A program made the translations under genes and the position numbers. From an uncultured Actinomycetota bacterium (GTDB taxonomy: Bacteria; Actinomycetota; Actinomycetes; DATJPE01), in the NCBI GenBank assembly GCA_963851405.1, contig CAWKPB010000007.1, positions 421,117 through 485,116 of the forward strand: a stretch of 64,000 nucleotides of DNA, given 5' to 3'. The notes under the pieces are model-generated. The model ran no database searches and was not told where the DNA came from. It worked only from the letters and a program-made list of their open reading frames with translations. Below, in pieces: positions 20,724 to 34,071 of this stretch (position 1 is its first letter; each line of letters begins with the position of its first letter).

Positions 20724-20724
<1 letters not shown>

Positions 20725-21356
20725 TGATGACCGACGCGACCAGAGCCGAGATGGCCGAGATCCTCACCCGTTATCCCAAGCCGCGCTCGGCCCTGATGCC
20801 GATGCTGCACCTGATCCAGTCCGTCGACGGCTACCTCTCCGACGAGGGCATCGCCGAGGTGGCCGAACTCGCAGGTGTGACGCCGGCAGAAGCCACCGCG
20901 GTCGCCTCCTTCTACACGATGTACACGCGCAAGGCGCAGGGCCGCAACCACCTTGGTGTCTGCACCAACACGCTGTGCGCGGTGCTCGGGGGCGACGCCG
21001 TCTGGGCGGCGCTGTCGGAACATGTCGGAGTCGGCCACGGCGAGACGACGGCCGACGGCTCCCTGACTCTGGAGCGGATCGAGTGCCAGGCGGCGTGCAC
21101 CTACGCGCCGGTCATCACAGCCAACTGGGAGTTCGTCGACGACGTCACCGTGGAACGGGCCAAGGAGGTCGCCGACGCTCTGCGCTCCGGCGGCGAGGTC
21201 GTCTCCACCCGCGGCCCGGTCGTGCCGGAGTTGGCCGACACCCGGCGCATCTTTGCCGGCTTCGACGACGGCCTGGCCGGCCACGGCCCGGCCGCCGACG
21301 CCGTGATGCGAGCCGGCACCGACCTGGCCCGCGCCGCCGACGAGCAGGGGGACTGA
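20724..21356 (+). CDS. nuoE: NADH-quinone oxidoreductase subunit E
   Basis: VASFYTM, CTNTLC and ECQAAC [2Fe-2S] ligands. Confidence 0.94.
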
Positions 21357-21358
21357 GC

Positions 21359-22660
21359 ATGCCCATCGTCCCCGTCATCTCGGCCCATTGGGACGAGCCA
21401 GACTGCTACACCCTTGAGGGCTATCGTCGCCACGGCGGGTACGACACCATCGCACCGACCCTGGCCCGCCATCCCGACGAGATCATCCAAGCCATCAAGG
21501 ACTCCGGCCTGCGCGGCCGCGGCGGCGCAGGCTTCCCCACCGGCATGAAGTGGGGCTTCGTACCGCAGGGCGACGACAAGCCCCGCTATCTAGTGATCAA
21601 CGCCGACGAGTCGGAGCCGGGCGCATGCAAGGACGTCCCGATCCTGCTCGCCAACCCGCATGCGCTGATCGAGGGGATCATCGCGGCGTCGTACGCGATT
21701 CGCGCGGCCCACGCCTTCATCTACATCCGCGGCGAGGTCCCCCACGTCCTGCGCCGGGTGTACGCGGCGGTATCCGAGGCCTACGCCGCCGGCTATCTCG
21801 GCCGCGACATCTTGGGGTCTGGCTTCGACCTCGAAGTGACCGTCCACGCTGGCGCTGGCGCCTACATCTGCGGCGAGGAGACGGCGCTGCTGGACTCGCT
21901 GGAGGGCTATCGCGGCCAGCCGCGACTGAAGCCGCCGTTCCCTGCGGTCGCCGGGCTCTATGCCTGCCCGACCGTGGTCAACAACGTCGAGACGATCGCC
22001 AGCGTTCCGTCGATCCTGACGCGTGGCGCCGAGTGGTTCCGCTCGATGGGCACTGAGAAATCTCCCGGCTTCAAGATGTTCGCGGTGTCTGGCCACGTGG
22101 CCAAGCCCGGCGTTTTCGAGATGGCGCTCGGCTGCACGCTGCGCGAGCTGCTCGAACTCGCGGGCGGAGTGCGCGAGGGCCACGAGCTGAAGTTCTGGTT
22201 GCCCGGTGGGTCATCGGTGCCGTGGCTCACCGCCGACCACCTCGACACCCCCCTGACGTATGAGGACATGGCCGACGCGGGCACGTTCCTCGGCACCGCA
22301 ACGGTCATGGTCTTCGACGAGACGACCAGCGTGGTGCGCGCGGCGACCCGGTGGGTGGAGTTCTACAAGCACGAGTCGTGCGGCAAGTGCACCCCGTGCC
22401 GTGAGGGCGGGTACTGGCTGGTCGACCTGATGCGGCGCTTCGAGCGCGGCGAGGGCACCGAGGCCGACCTGACCACGCTCGAAGAGGTCGGCGCGAACAT
22501 GATCGGCCGCTCCTTTTGCGCGCTCGGTGACTCCGCGCCGGTTCCGATCAACTCCGCGCTGAAGTACTTCCGCGAGGAGTTCATGCTCGGCACGCACACC
22601 TCGGCTGCCGAGTTGTTCGACCCCGTGGCCTCGACGGTGTTCGCGGCGGCCAAGTCATGA
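21359..22660 (+). CDS. nuoF: NADH-quinone oxidoreductase subunit F
   Basis: [31 protein letters not shown] and [12 protein letters not shown]. Confidence 0.97.
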   Translation: MPIVPVISAHWDEPDCYTLEGYRRHGGYDTIAPTLARHPDEIIQAIKDSGLRGRGGAGFPTGMKWGFVPQGDDKPRYLVINADESEPGACKDVPILLANPHALIEGIIAASYAIRAAHAFIYIRGEVPHVLRRVYAAVSEAYAAGYLGRDILGSGFDLEVTVHAGAGAYICGEETALLDSLEGYRGQPRLKPPFPAVAGLYACPTVVNNVETIASVPSILTRGAEWFRSMGTEKSPGFKMFAVSGHVAKPGVFEMALGCTLRELLELAGGVREGHELKFWLPGGSSVPWLTADHLDTPLTYEDMADAGTFLGTATVMVFDETTSVVRAATRWVEFYKHESCGKCTPCREGGYWLVDLMRRFERGEGTEADLTTLEEVGANMIGRSFCALGDSAPVPINSALKYFREEFMLGTHTSAAELFDPVASTVFAAAKS

Positions 22661-25050
22661 CCGTTTCCGTGCGGATCGACGGCATCGCCGTCGACGTACC
22701 CAAGGGCACGCTGGTGATTCGCGCGGCCGAGCAGCTCGGCATCGCCATCCCGCGTTTCTGCGATCACCCGTTGCTCGCGCCGGCCGGCGCCTGTCGCCAG
22801 TGCCTGGTCGAAGTCGAGGGACAGGCCAAGCCGCTGGCTTCGTGCACCACGACGTGCACCGACGGCATGGTCGTCCGCACCCAGGTCACCTCCCCGGTGG
22901 CGGATGAGGCCCAGCGCGGGGTGATGGAGCTGCTGCTCATCAACCACCCGCTCGACTGCCCGGTCTGCGACAAGGGCGGGGAGTGCCCCCTGCAGAACCA
23001 AGCGATGTCCGCGGGGCGCGGGGAGTCGCGTTTCGACAGCCCCAAGCGCACCTTCCCCAAGCCGATCGCCCTGTCCTCCCAGGTGCTGCTCGACCGGGAG
23101 CGCTGCATTTCCTGCGCGCGGTGCACCCGCTTCGCCGATGAAATCGCCGGCGACCCCTACATCGAGCTGATCCAGCGTGGTGCCCAGCAGCAGGTCGGCA
23201 TCGCCAACGAGGATCAGCCGTTCAACTCCTACTTCTCCGGCAACACCGTTCAGATCTGCCCGGTGGGGGCGCTTACGGGTACGGCGTACCGATTCCGCTC
23301 ACGCCCCTTCGACCTGGTCTCCACCCCGACCGCCTGCGAGCACTGCGCCTCCGGCTGCGCCTTGCGCACCGATGTGCGCCGCAACTCGGTCCTGCGCCGG
23401 TTGGCTGGCGACGACCCCGAGGTCAACGAGGAGTGGAACTGCGACAAGGGTCGCTGGGCCTTCCACTCCACGGAGTCCGCAGATCGGTTGCGCAGCCCGC
23501 TCGTGCGCGATGTCAACGGGGAACTGGTCGAAACGTCCTGGCCCGAGGCGCTCGGCTTGGCGGCACAGGGTCTCGCGGCAGCCCGCGACGCGGCCGGTGT
23601 CGGGGTCCTCGTCGGAGGCCGGGTCACCGCCGAGGACGCCTACGCCTACGGCAAGTTCGCCCGCGTGGCGCTGGGCACCAACGACGTGGACTTCCGGGCC
23701 CGGCCGCATTCGGTGGAGGAGGCCGATTTTCTCGGCGCTTTCGTCGCGGGTCGTGGAGTAGGCGACCCGGCCACCCCGACCTATGCCGACCTCGAGGCCG
23801 CCCCGATCGTCCTTCTCGTGGGGCTCGAGCCCGAGGAGGAGTCGCCCATCATCTTCCTGCGGCTCCGAAAAGCCATGCGCCGCAAGGGTCTTCGGGTGTT
23901 CGCGGTGGCGCCGTTCGCCACTCGCGGTCTCACCAAGATGGGCGGTGAGCTGATTCCGGCCCTGCCGGGCGCCGAGGCCACCGCACTCGACAACCTCTCC
24001 GGCGGCTCCGAGGGCGCGGCCGAGCTGCTTCGCCAAGACGGCGCTGTGATTCTCGCAGGAGAACGTCTGGCCGAGAGCCCGGGTGCCCTGAGTGCGCTCG
24101 GTCGGCTCGCGCAGGCCACTGGCGCCAAGCTCGGCTGGGTTCCTCGGCGAGCCGGCGAGCGCGGCGCCTTGGACGCCGGTGCACTGCCCTCGCTGCTCCC
24201 GGGCGGACGTCCGGTGGCCGAGGCCCAAGCGCGCGTCGACACCGGGGCCGTGTGGGGCGTGCCGTCCCTGCCGGCCGAACCGGGCCGCTCCACCGACGAA
24301 ATCCTGGCCGCGGCCAGAAGCGGCGACCTCGGCGCCCTGGTGGTCGGCGGGGTCGACCTCGATGACTTGCCCAACCCCACTGAGGCCCGCGAGACCCTGC
24401 ACCGCGCCGGCTTCGTCGTGAGCCTCGAACTGCGCGCCAGCAACGTGACCGACCGTGCCGACGTCGTTCTCCCCGTGGCTGCCGTGACGGAGAAGTCGGG
24501 CACCTTTGTCAACTGGGAGGGCCGCGGCCGCGAGTTCCCGCAGGTGCTGGGCGAAGCCTTCGAGCTCGCCGACGGTGGCGTGTTGGCGCTGCTCGCGCGT
24601 GAGCTCGGCGTCGAGCTCGGGATCGAGGGGACCGACGCGGCCCGCCGCGAGCTGGCGGAGTTGGGGGAGTGGTCGGGTTCTCGGGCCGCCGCCCCGACAG
24701 CGACAGCGCCCGCTGCAAAGAAGGCCAAGGCCGGTCAGCTCGTGCTGGCGACCTGGTCGACGCTCTTGGACGCAGGGCGGCTCCAAGACGGCGAGCCCCA
24801 CCTCGCTGGCACGGCCGCCCCGGTCCGCGCGCTGGTGTCCGCGGCGACCGCCGCGAAGGTGGGTGTGTCTGCCGGAGAACAGGTGACGGTCACCTCCGAG
24901 CAGGGTGCGGTGTCCGTGCCGCTGGCCATCGGAGACGTACCGGACTCCGTCGTCTGGCTTCCGACGAACGCAGCGGGTTGTGCGGTGCGTCGTGATCTGG
25001 GCGCCGGTTACGGTGCGCGTGTGAGCTTGAGCGCAGGTGGTGCGTCATGA
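22657..25050 (+). CDS. nuoG: NADH-quinone oxidoreductase subunit G
   Basis: [31 protein letters not shown] and CEHCASGC. Confidence 0.97.
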   Translation: MTVSVRIDGIAVDVPKGTLVIRAAEQLGIAIPRFCDHPLLAPAGACRQCLVEVEGQAKPLASCTTTCTDGMVVRTQVTSPVADEAQRGVMELLLINHPLDCPVCDKGGECPLQNQAMSAGRGESRFDSPKRTFPKPIALSSQVLLDRERCISCARCTRFADEIAGDPYIELIQRGAQQQVGIANEDQPFNSYFSGNTVQICPVGALTGTAYRFRSRPFDLVSTPTACEHCASGCALRTDVRRNSVLRRLAGDDPEVNEEWNCDKGRWAFHSTESADRLRSPLVRDVNGELVETSWPEALGLAAQGLAAARDAAGVGVLVGGRVTAEDAYAYGKFARVALGTNDVDFRARPHSVEEADFLGAFVAGRGVGDPATPTYADLEAAPIVLLVGLEPEEESPIIFLRLRKAMRRKGLRVFAVAPFATRGLTKMGGELIPALPGAEATALDNLSGGSEGAAELLRQDGAVILAGERLAESPGALSALGRLAQATGAKLGWVPRRAGERGALDAGALPSLLPGGRPVAEAQARVDTGAVWGVPSLPAEPGRSTDEILAAARSGDLGALVVGGVDLDDLPNPTEARETLHRAGFVVSLELRASNVTDRADVVLPVAAVTEKSGTFVNWEGRGREFPQVLGEAFELADGGVLALLARELGVELGIEGTDAARRELAELGEWSGSRAAAPTATAPAAKKAKAGQLVLATWSTLLDAGRLQDGEPHLAGTAAPVRALVSAATAAKVGVSAGEQVTVTSEQGAVSVPLAIGDVPDSVVWLPTNAAGCAVRRDLGAGYGARVSLSAGGAS

Positions 25051-26417
25051 CCTTGTTCTCCACCGTGACCGAGCCATCGGAGCTCTTCGACAATCCCTGG
25101 TGGTTGGTCGCGCTGAAGGCCCTCGCCGTCTTCGTTGTCCTCGTTCTGCTGACCCTGCTCAACATCTGGGGTGAGCGTCGGGTTGTCGCCCGCATGCAGC
25201 AGCGGGTCGGTCCCAACCGGGTAGGCCCCTTCGGTCTGGTGCAGGGTCTAGCCGACGGCGTCAAGCTCGCGCTGAAGGAAGACATCATCCCGAAGGCCGC
25301 GGACAAGGCGGTCTTCATCCTCGCGCCGGTGATCGCCGTGGTCCCTGCGTTCTTGGCCTGGGCCGTGATCCCCTTTGGCCCGGTCGTATCGATCTTCGGC
25401 TACCGCACGCCCTTGCAGTTGACCGACTTCCCGGTCGCCGTGCTCTACGTCATCGCGGTGGCGTCAGTGGGGATCTACGGCATCGTCCTCGCTGGCTGGT
25501 CCAGCGGATCGACGTACCCGCTGCTCGGCAGTCTGCGGTCCAGCGCCCAGATGATCTCCTACGAGGTCGCTATGGGGCTGTCGTTCGTCGGGGTGTTCCT
25601 CCTGGCTGGCACCATGTCGACCTCGCAGATCGTCGCGGCGCAGGCCGAAGGTGGAACGGCCGAGCTGTTCGGCACCACGGTGAGCCTGCCGGGCTGGTAC
25701 ATCGTGTTGTTGCTGCCGTCTTTCGTCATCTACGCCATCGCGATGGTCGGCGAGACGAACCGGGCGCCGTTCGACCTGCCTGAGGCCGAGGGCGAGCTGG
25801 TCGGCGGGTTCCACACCGAATACAGCTCGCTGAAGTTCGCGCTGTTCTTCCTGGCCGAATACATCAACCTGGTCACCGTTTCCGCGCTCGCCACCACGCT
25901 GTTCCTCGGCGGTTGGCTGGCCCCCTGGCCGTTCTCGCTGATCCCCGGCGCCAACGAAGGCTGGGTCCCGCTGATCTGGTTCTTCAGCAAGCTGATCGTC
26001 TTCATCTTCGTGTTCATCTGGCTGCGGGGCACCCTCCCGCGTCTGCGCTATGACCAGTTCATGCGCTTGGGCTGGAAGGTGCTGATCCCGGTCTCGCTGG
26101 TGTGGATCCTCGCGGTCGCGGCCGTTCGGGTCGCCCGTTCTGACGGTGCGGAGTTCGGCCGGGTCATCGTCGGGGTCTTCATCGCCGGTGCCCTGTTGTT
26201 GTTCATCTGGTCCTTGGTCGACGCCCGCAATGCTCGCAAGGTCGAAGGGCAGGAGCCACCGCCGGAGCCAGGGCCCTACGACGGCGGGTACCCGGTGCCG
26301 CCCATGCCCACGCGTGGCGGCCGCCGATCCGGCATGGCGCAGGGCGAGGACCTCCAGGGGACCGACGGAACCCAGGACGAGACCCAGGACGAGACCCAGG
26401 AGAAGGCCCATGCCTGA
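25047..26417 (+). CDS. nuoH: NADH-quinone oxidoreductase subunit H
   Basis: [16 protein letters not shown] and [13 protein letters not shown]. Confidence 0.97.
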   Translation: MTLFSTVTEPSELFDNPWWLVALKALAVFVVLVLLTLLNIWGERRVVARMQQRVGPNRVGPFGLVQGLADGVKLALKEDIIPKAADKAVFILAPVIAVVPAFLAWAVIPFGPVVSIFGYRTPLQLTDFPVAVLYVIAVASVGIYGIVLAGWSSGSTYPLLGSLRSSAQMISYEVAMGLSFVGVFLLAGTMSTSQIVAAQAEGGTAELFGTTVSLPGWYIVLLLPSFVIYAIAMVGETNRAPFDLPEAEGELVGGFHTEYSSLKFALFFLAEYINLVTVSALATTLFLGGWLAPWPFSLIPGANEGWVPLIWFFSKLIVFIFVFIWLRGTLPRLRYDQFMRLGWKVLIPVSLVWILAVAAVRVARSDGAEFGRVIVGVFIAGALLLFIWSLVDARNARKVEGQEPPPEPGPYDGGYPVPPMPTRGGRRSGMAQGEDLQGTDGTQDETQDETQEKAHA

Positions 26418-26961
26418 GTCGTCGATGCCGGGGAGTGGGTTCATCACGACCTTCCGGACCATGTTCAAGAAGGTCACCACCGAGCAGTACCCCGAAGAGG
26501 TCAAGGTCACCGCACCGCGCTTTCACGGTCGGCACCAGCTCAACCGCTACGCGGACGGCCTGGAAAAGTGCATCGGCTGCGAGCTGTGCGCGTGGGCCTG
26601 CCCGGCTGATGCGATCTATGTCGAGGGCGCACCCAACACCGACGAGGAACGCTTCTCGCCCGGGGAGCGCTATGGCCGCGTCTACCAGATCAACTACTTG
26701 CGCTGCATCTTCTGTGGGCTGTGCATCGAGGCGTGCCCGACCCGCGCCCTGACCATGGGCAATGAGTTCGAGCTCGCTGACAACAACCGCGCGGATCTGA
26801 TCTTCGAGAAGCAGGATCTGTTGGCGCCCATGCTGTCGGGGATGTTGGAGCCGCCGCACCCGATGGTGCCTGGGACCGACGAGAGCGACTACTACGGAGG
26901 GCGGATCAAGAAGTCCGTCCCCGAGCAGGAGCAGGGTCCGGCCGAGGGCGGTGCGCGATGA
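26410..26961 (+). CDS. nuoI: NADH-quinone oxidoreductase subunit I
   Basis: [12 protein letters not shown] and [12 protein letters not shown]. Confidence 0.97.
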   Translation: MPESSMPGSGFITTFRTMFKKVTTEQYPEEVKVTAPRFHGRHQLNRYADGLEKCIGCELCAWACPADAIYVEGAPNTDEERFSPGERYGRVYQINYLRCIFCGLCIEACPTRALTMGNEFELADNNRADLIFEKQDLLAPMLSGMLEPPHPMVPGTDESDYYGGRIKKSVPEQEQGPAEGGAR

Positions 26962-27698
26962 CCGGCGAGGTCGTGGCCTTCTGGGTCGTCGCGCCGTTGG
27001 CCGTCCTCGGTGGCGTGATGATGGTGGTGAGCCGCAAGTCGGTGCACAGCGCCTTGTGGCTGGCCATGTCGATGATCTGCCTGGCCGTGCTCTACATCAT
27101 GCAAGGCGCCGCGTTCCTGGGCGTCGTCCAGATCGTGGTCTACACCGGCGCAGTGATGATGCTGTTCTTGTTCGTGCTGATGCTCGTCGGCGTTGATGCC
27201 TCCGACTCCCTGGTGGAGACGCTGCGCAACCAGCGGCTGGCCGCCGTCCTGGGCGGCCTCGGCCTCGGAGTGCTCCTCATCGCCGGCGTGACCCGCGTCA
27301 TCGACCTCCCGATGGTCGGTGTGGACGAGGTGAATCTCGCCGACGGCGGGAACGTCCAGGGCCTGGCCCGGCTCATCTTCACGCAGTACATCTGGGCGTT
27401 CGAGATCACCGCTGCGCTGTTGATCACCGCGGCTCTTGGCGCCATGGTGCTGGCTCACCGCGAGCGGGTCGTCAGCCGCCGCTCGCAGCGTGAGCAGTCC
27501 GAGGACCGTACGCGCAGCGACCACGTCCCGCCGCTGCCGGCACCCGGGGTGTATGCGCGCCACAACGCGGTGGACACTCCCGGCCTGCTCCCCGGTGGGG
27601 CGACCTCAGACCTCACGGTGCCGGGGCTGCTCACCGGCCGCGCAACCGCCGACCGCACCGAGCCGCCCGCGTTGCCGCAGGGCGGTGATGACGAGTGA
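26958..27698 (+). CDS. nuoJ: NADH-quinone oxidoreductase subunit J
   Basis: [16 protein letters not shown]; operon position. Confidence 0.95.
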   Translation: MTGEVVAFWVVAPLAVLGGVMMVVSRKSVHSALWLAMSMICLAVLYIMQGAAFLGVVQIVVYTGAVMMLFLFVLMLVGVDASDSLVETLRNQRLAAVLGGLGLGVLLIAGVTRVIDLPMVGVDEVNLADGGNVQGLARLIFTQYIWAFEITAALLITAALGAMVLAHRERVVSRRSQREQSEDRTRSDHVPPLPAPGVYARHNAVDTPGLLPGGATSDLTVPGLLTGRATADRTEPPALPQGGDDE

Positions 27699-27994
27699 GC
27701 GCCAACGCGTATCTGGTCGTCGCGGTCCTGTTGTTCTCGACCGGCGCGGTCGGGGTGCTCGTGCGACGCAACGCGATCGTCGTGTTCATGTCGATCGAGT
27801 TGATGTTCAATGCCTGCAACTTGGCCTTCGTGACGTTCTCCCGGGTCCACGGGAACCTCGACGGTCAGGTGTTCGCGTTCTTCGTCATGGTCGTCGCCGC
27901 TGCTGAGGTCGTCGTCGGCTTGGCCATCATCTTCACGATGTTCCGCACCCGCCGCTCCGCGTCGATCGATGACGCCAACTTGTTGAAGTACTGA
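27695..27994 (+). CDS. nuoK: NADH-quinone oxidoreductase subunit K
   Basis: SIELMFN and [12 protein letters not shown]. Confidence 0.96.
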   Translation: MSANAYLVVAVLLFSTGAVGVLVRRNAIVVFMSIELMFNACNLAFVTFSRVHGNLDGQVFAFFVMVVAAAEVVVGLAIIFTMFRTRRSASIDDANLLKY

Positions 27995-28034
27995 TGAGGA
28001 CACCGATGCTTGCTCGCAGTCGTAGGGGGGACGT

Positions 28035-29963
28035 ATGACGTCCGCCTACGTCCTCGCGACCGAGACCGAGCAGGTCACGGCGGCCACCGGCGTCTTCTCG
28101 CTGATGTGGCTCATCATCGCGCTGCCGCTGTTGGGTGCGCTGGTGCTGCTCGTCGGTGGTAATCGGACCAACCGGTGGGGCCCGATCGTGGCCACGCTGC
28201 TGCCCATCGGGTCCTTTGTCCTCGCGGCCGCGATGTTCGCCACGATGGTGTCGGAACCCTCCGAGGGGCGTGCCGTCGAGCAGATCCTCTACTCGTGGGT
28301 CCCGGTCGGTGAGCTCCAGGTCTACGTGGGCTTCCTGCTGGACCAGCTGTCCGTGGTCTTCCTGCTCCTGATCACGTTCGTGGGCTCGCTGATCCATCTC
28401 TACTCGCTCGGGTACATGAAGCATGACCCCGAGATTCGGCGCTTCTTCGCCTACCTGAACCTGTTCGTGGCCTCGATGCTGTTGCTGGTTCTCGCCAACA
28501 GCTACCTCCTGCTGTACGTCGGCTGGGAGGGCGTGGGCCTGGCCAGCTACTTGCTCATCGGTTTCTGGCAGTACAAGCCGACCGCCGCGACCGCGGCCAA
28601 GAAGGCCTTTGTCATCAACCGGGTCGGTGACCTCGGGCTGTCGATCGCCGTGATGGTCATGTTCGTGACCTTCGGCAGCGTCTCGTTCAGCGGGGTATTC
28701 GGCCAGGTCTCGCAGGCGAGCTCCGGCACCGTCGACCTGCTCGGTCTGCTGCTCCTGCTCGCGGCCTGCGGTAAGTCCGCCCAGGTCCCGCTGCAGGCCT
28801 GGTTGCTCGACGCGATGGAGGGTCCGACCCCGGTGTCGGCGCTCATCCACGCGGCCACCATGGTCACCGCCGGTGTCTATCTGATCGCGCGCTCGCACCC
28901 GATCTTCAACATCTCGTCGCTGGCCCTCACGGCCGTGGCGATCGTTGGCGTCGTCACGTTGGCGTTCGGCGCGATCATCGGCTGCGCCATGGACGACATC
29001 AAGAAGGCGCTCGCGGCGTCCACGATGAGCCAGATCGGCTACATGGTGCTGGCCGTCGGTCTCGGCACCACGGGCTACTCCTTGGGTATCGGCCACCTGC
29101 TCAGCCACGGCTTTTTCAAGGCCGGCTTGTTCCTCGCCGCCGGTTCGGTCATGCACGCGATGCGTGACCAGCTGGATATTCGACGCTACGGCGGGCTGCG
29201 TAAGGCGATGCCCATCACGTTCGTGACGTTCTTCTTGGCCTATCTGGCCATCATCGGCATCCCGCCGTTCTCCGGCTTCTTCACCAAGGATCCGATCATC
29301 GACGCGGCCTACCACTCCGGCGGGACCTCGGGGATCGTCTATGGCCTGGTCGCCCAGCTGACAGCCGGACTGACGGCCTTCTACATGACCCGCGTTGTCA
29401 TCTTGACGTTCTTCGGGCCCAAGCGCTGGCACGAGGATGACAAGCCGCACGAGTCGCCGGCCACCATGACTGTCCCCATGGTCGTGCTCGCCTTCGGCTC
29501 GGTGTTCCTCGGCGGGTACTTGATGCTCAACAACCGCCTGATCACCTTCTTGGAGCCGGTGCTGGGCGAGGCCGAGCCGGCTCAGTACCTCTCCGCCCTC
29601 ACGTTCGTGACGCTGGCCCTGGTGCTCGCCGGGGTCGGAGTCGCCTGGTGGATGTACCAGCGCCAAGAGGTGCCACAGACCGCGCCGGTCGGCAGCGGCA
29701 TCACCGTCGCTGCCCGCAACTCGCTGTACGGCGACTCGTTCAACGAAACCGTGTTCATGCGGCCGGGGCAGTACCTCACGCGGTCGTTGGTGTACTTCGA
29801 CAATCGGATCATTGACGGCTTCGTCAACGGATTCGCTGCCGTCGTCGGTGGGCTGTCCTCACGTAGCCGTCGGCTGCAGAGCGGGTTCGCCCGCTCCTAC
29901 GCGCTGACCATGCTCCTGGGCGCCTTGTTCATCGTCCTCGCCTTGGTGCTGGTGAGGCTCTGA
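28035..29963 (+). CDS. nuoL: NADH-quinone oxidoreductase subunit L
   Basis: GWEGVG, GKSAQ and [18 protein letters not shown]. Confidence 0.97.
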   Translation: MTSAYVLATETEQVTAATGVFSLMWLIIALPLLGALVLLVGGNRTNRWGPIVATLLPIGSFVLAAAMFATMVSEPSEGRAVEQILYSWVPVGELQVYVGFLLDQLSVVFLLLITFVGSLIHLYSLGYMKHDPEIRRFFAYLNLFVASMLLLVLANSYLLLYVGWEGVGLASYLLIGFWQYKPTAATAAKKAFVINRVGDLGLSIAVMVMFVTFGSVSFSGVFGQVSQASSGTVDLLGLLLLLAACGKSAQVPLQAWLLDAMEGPTPVSALIHAATMVTAGVYLIARSHPIFNISSLALTAVAIVGVVTLAFGAIIGCAMDDIKKALAASTMSQIGYMVLAVGLGTTGYSLGIGHLLSHGFFKAGLFLAAGSVMHAMRDQLDIRRYGGLRKAMPITFVTFFLAYLAIIGIPPFSGFFTKDPIIDAAYHSGGTSGIVYGLVAQLTAGLTAFYMTRVVILTFFGPKRWHEDDKPHESPATMTVPMVVLAFGSVFLGGYLMLNNRLITFLEPVLGEAEPAQYLSALTFVTLALVLAGVGVAWWMYQRQEVPQTAPVGSGITVAARNSLYGDSFNETVFMRPGQYLTRSLVYFDNRIIDGFVNGFAAVVGGLSSRSRRLQSGFARSYALTMLLGALFIVLALVLVRL

Positions 29964-31501
29964 TGTCTGTGCTGACCGTCCTCATCCTGGTGCCGCTGCT
30001 CGGCGCAGCGCTGGTCGCGGCGCTGCCCTCGGCCCGTGAGACGCTGGCCAAGCAGATCACCCTCGGCATCTCTTTGGTGGTCCTCGCGCTCACGATCGCG
30101 ATGGCCCTGGAGTTCGACTCCGCGGCGGTGGGCTTCCAGTTCACCGAGGTCCGGGAATGGATTCCGGCCTTCGGAGTCTCGTATGCGGTGGGTGTGGACG
30201 GGATCGCGCTGGTCCTCATCGCCATGGCCACGGTGCTCGTACCGGTAGTCGTGATTGCGTCCTGGCACGAGGCCGACCGGGCGAACCGACCGGTCAAGAT
30301 CTACTTCGCGCTGATCCTGGCGCTTGAGGCCTTGATGGTCGGGGTGTTCGCGGCCACCGACGTCTTCTTGTTCTACGTGTTCTTCGAGGTCATGCTCATC
30401 CCGGTCTACTTCCTGATCGGGATGTTCGGGGGCGCGCAGCGCTCGTACGCCGCCGTGAAGTTCTTGCTGTACAGCCTGTTCGGTGGGCTGCTCATGCTCG
30501 CGGCGCTGATCGGGCTCTACGTCGTCTCCGCGCGCGAGTTGGGCACGGGCACCTTCGACTACGTCACGCTGACCAACCTGGCGATGGACGAAAACACCCA
30601 GCGGATCCTGTTCCTCGGGTTCTTCATCGCCTTCGCCATCAAGGCGCCGTTGTGGCCGTTCCACACCTGGCTGCCGGATGCGTCCTCTGAGGCGACGCCT
30701 GGCACCGCGATCCTGTTGATCGGTGTCCTCGACAAGGTCGGCACGTTCGGGATGATTCGGTACTGCCTGCCGCTGTTCCCGGACGCCTCGCGCTACTACG
30801 CGCCGGTCGTCGTCGCGCTAGCGGTGATCGGAATCATCTACGGAGCACTGCTGGCCATCGGGCAGACAGACATGATGCGGCTGGTCGCCTACACCTCGTT
30901 GTCCCACTTCGGTTTCATCGCGTTGGGCATCTTCGTCTTCACGACCCAGGGCCAGTCCGGTTCGACGCTCTACATGGTCAACCATGGCTTCTCGACCGCT
31001 GGCCTGCTCCTCATCGTTGGTTACCTGGTGAGCAGACGCGGTTCCAAGCTGATCGGCGACTACGGAGGCGTCCAGAAGGTGGCGCCGGTGCTGGCCGGGT
31101 TCTTCCTCCTGATGGGCCTTGGTGGGCTTGCGTTGCCGGGGTTGTCGACCTTCATCAGCGAGTTCCTGGTGTTGATCGGCAGTTACGCCCGCTACCCGGG
31201 AGCTGCGGTGGTCGCAGCCTTCGGGATCATCCTGGCGGCGCTGTACATCCTGTTCTGGTACCAGCGCGTGGCCACCGGACCGGCGACCGACGACGTGAAG
31301 GGTTTCCGGGACCTCGGCGGTCGCGAGACGCTCGCCGTCATGTCCATCGCGGTCGTTCTCATCGCTGTGGGCTTCTACCCCAAGCCGGTGCTCGACGTCA
31401 TCAATCCCGCGGTGGACGTCACTTTGGAGCAGGTCGGACTGTCTGACCCGCCACCAACGGTCGCCGCGGTCGATGAGCCGGTCGAAGGAGATGCGCCATG
31501 A
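29963..31501 (+). CDS. nuoM: NADH-quinone oxidoreductase subunit M
   Basis: FYVFFE and KAPLWPFHTWLPDA. Confidence 0.97.
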   Translation: MSVLTVLILVPLLGAALVAALPSARETLAKQITLGISLVVLALTIAMALEFDSAAVGFQFTEVREWIPAFGVSYAVGVDGIALVLIAMATVLVPVVVIASWHEADRANRPVKIYFALILALEALMVGVFAATDVFLFYVFFEVMLIPVYFLIGMFGGAQRSYAAVKFLLYSLFGGLLMLAALIGLYVVSARELGTGTFDYVTLTNLAMDENTQRILFLGFFIAFAIKAPLWPFHTWLPDASSEATPGTAILLIGVLDKVGTFGMIRYCLPLFPDASRYYAPVVVALAVIGIIYGALLAIGQTDMMRLVAYTSLSHFGFIALGIFVFTTQGQSGSTLYMVNHGFSTAGLLLIVGYLVSRRGSKLIGDYGGVQKVAPVLAGFFLLMGLGGLALPGLSTFISEFLVLIGSYARYPGAAVVAAFGIILAALYILFWYQRVATGPATDDVKGFRDLGGRETLAVMSIAVVLIAVGFYPKPVLDVINPAVDVTLEQVGLSDPPPTVAAVDEPVEGDAP

Positions 31502-33056
31502 TCTTCGAGGACATCACCTTCACCAGCCCGAGCATCGAGTATGCGCCGCTGGCGCCGATGCTCGTGGTGTTCGGAGCTGCCCTGCTCGGGGTGCTGGTCG
31601 AGGCCTTCGTGCCGCGAGCGCACCGCCGTACGACCCAGTTGTGGTTGACCCTCGGCGCCCTCGTCATCGCCTTCCTACTCGTGGTCCGCTTTGCGTTGAA
31701 CAGCTCGCCCACGCTGGCCGCCGAAGGTGCCGTGGCCATCGATGGGCCAGCGCTCTTCCTGCAGGGCACGATCTTGGTGCTGGCGTTCGCCGCGGTGTTC
31801 ACCCTGGCTGAACGCAGCCGTTGACCCAGCTGGTGATGCCTTCGCGCCCATGCCCGCCGCCCCGCCCGGGAGTGACGACGAGCAGGCCGCAGTCGCTGCG
31901 GGCTGGACCCTGACCGAGGTCTACCCGCTCACGACTGTTCGCCGTCGGCGGCATGCTGCTGTTCCCCGCTTCGAACGACCTGCTGACGCTGTTCGTGGCT
32001 CTCGAGGTCCTGTCGCTCCCGCTGTACCTCATGGCCGGGTTGGCCCGACGCCGCCGGCTGCTCAGCCAGGAAGCCGCGCTGAAGTACTTCCTGCTCGGCG
32101 CCTTCTCCTCGGCCTTCTTCTTGTTCGGCCTGGCCTTCGTCTACGGCTTCGCCGGTTCGCTCGGACTCGGCGAGATCGCGGTCGCAGTCAGTTCCGTTCC
32201 CGGACTCGACCCGTTGCTGCTGGCCGGGATCGCCCTGGTCGCGGTCGGCCTGCTGTTCAAGGTGAGCGCCGTCCCCGTTCCACGCAGTGGACCCCCGACG
32301 TCTACCAAGGCTCACCGACGTCGGTCACCGGCTTCATGGCCGCGTGCACCAAGGTCGCGGCCTTTGGTGCCTTGCTGCGCGTCTTCTACGTGGCCTTCGG
32401 CGGCGTTCGCTGGGACTGGCGGCCGATGATCTGCGCAGTCGCCATCTTCACGATGTTCGTCGGGGCGCTGCTGGCGCTCACCCAGACCGACGTGAAGCGC
32501 ATGCTCGCCTACTCGTCGATCGCCCACGCCGGCTTCATGCTCACCGGCGTTCCTGGCAGTGGATCGAGCCGGGCTGTCCAGCACGATGTTCTACCTGCTT
32601 GCGTACGGCTTCACGACGATCGGGGCCTTCGCCATCGTGACGCTGGTTCGAGACTCGACCGGCGAGGCAACGCACCTGTCCCAGTGGGCTGGCCTGGGTC
32701 GACGCTCACCGCTCGTCGCCGGGATCTTCGCGTTCTTCCTGCTGGCCTTGGCCGGGATCCCTTTGACCAGCGGCTTCACCGGGAAGTTCGCGGTCTTCTC
32801 AGCCGCCGTGGGCGGCGGGGCCACGACGTTGGTGATCGTCGGTGTCCTCGTCAGCGCGATGGCGGCCTTCTTCTACGTCCGCGTCATCGTGCTCATGTTC
32901 TTCACCGAGCCGGCCCCCGACGGCCCGACCGTGGCCGTGCCCAGCGCGTTCACCCAGGCAGCCGTGACCTTGGCCGTGGTGATGACCGTACTGCTCGGCA
33001 TCCTTCCCCAGCCGCTCCTCGATCTGGCCGATCGCGCATCGGTCTTCTTGCGCTAG
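31498..33056 (+). CDS. nuoN: NADH-quinone oxidoreductase subunit N (indels near 31820, 31934, 32280 and 32555)
   Basis: EAALKYFLLG, WTPDVYQG, KRMLAYSSIAHAG and LAGIPLTSGF distributed over several frames. Confidence 0.92.
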
Positions 33057-33063
33057 TGGCGTT

Positions 33064-34062
33064 GTGAGCCTCAGCGGTCCCTTTGCTGCCGGTATCGGTG
33101 ACGGCGAGCTCGAGGCCGAGCTCGCCACCGAACTGGCCCAGGTCGAAGCGCTACTCCTCGCCTCGGTGGCCAGTGAGGACCCCTTCGTCAGTGACGTGGC
33201 CAAGCACCTCGTCGACGCCGGCGGCAAGCGCTTCCGCCCTTTGCTGGTCCTGCTCGCCGCCCAGTTCGGCGACCCGGCAAGTCCAGGGGTGATCCCGGCC
33301 GCGGTGGTCGTGGAGCTGACCCATCTCGCGACGCTGTATCACGACGACGTGATGGATGAGGCCCCCCTCCGGCGGGGCGGCCCCTCGGCCAACGCACGGT
33401 GGGACAACACCGTCGCGATCCTCACGGGCGACTTCCTGTTCGCCCGCGCTTCGCACATCTTGGCTGACCTGGGGCCGGAGGCCGTACGCATCCAGGCGGA
33501 GACCTTCGAGCGGCTCGTGGCCGGCCAGATCCACGAGACGATCGGCCCGGTCGAGGGGCAGGATCCGCTCGATCACTACCTGCAGGTCGTCGCGGACAAG
33601 ACCGGTTCGCTGATCGCGACCTCGGGTCGCTTTGGGGCGATGCTCTCGGGTGCCGGCGATCAGGTGGCTTCGGTCCTCACCGAGTTCGGTGAGCGGATCG
33701 GGGTGGCCTTCCAGCTGTCCGACGATCTGCTGGACGTGCTCAGCGACTCCGCTGAGTCGGGCAAGACCCCGGGGACGGACTTACGGGAGGGCGTCGCGAC
33801 GCTGCCCGCGCTGCATGTGCGGCGGGCTGCTGCCCCGGAGGACGCCAGGTTGCTCGAGCTGCTCGGCCGGGCCGTGAACGACGATGCCGAGCATGCCGAG
33901 GCCTTGGCCTTGGTGCGGGCGCACCCGGCGATTGAGCTGGCCAGGGCCGACCTCGCCCAGCTGGCCGCTGAAGCGCGCCGGTTGTTGGACGCGTTGCCGG
34001 ACGTCCCCGCTCGACACGCGCTGGCCTCCCTGTGCGATGTGGTCGTGACGCGCACGACGTAG
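33064..34062 (+). CDS. Polyprenyl (heptaprenyl-type) diphosphate synthase
   Basis: GGKRFRP, HDDVMD (FARM), KTG and FQLSDDLLD (SARM). Confidence 0.93.
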   Translation: MSLSGPFAAGIGDGELEAELATELAQVEALLLASVASEDPFVSDVAKHLVDAGGKRFRPLLVLLAAQFGDPASPGVIPAAVVVELTHLATLYHDDVMDEAPLRRGGPSANARWDNTVAILTGDFLFARASHILADLGPEAVRIQAETFERLVAGQIHETIGPVEGQDPLDHYLQVVADKTGSLIATSGRFGAMLSGAGDQVASVLTEFGERIGVAFQLSDDLLDVLSDSAESGKTPGTDLREGVATLPALHVRRAAAPEDARLLELLGRAVNDDAEHAEALALVRAHPAIELARADLAQLAAEARRLLDALPDVPARHALASLCDVVVTRTT

Positions 34063-34071
34063 GTCGCGTCG

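Noticed and set aside
26370-26400. 12-bp repeat ([11 protein letters not shown]) at the nuoH end
   Set aside because: Short in-frame slippage in a disordered tail; no sign of function.
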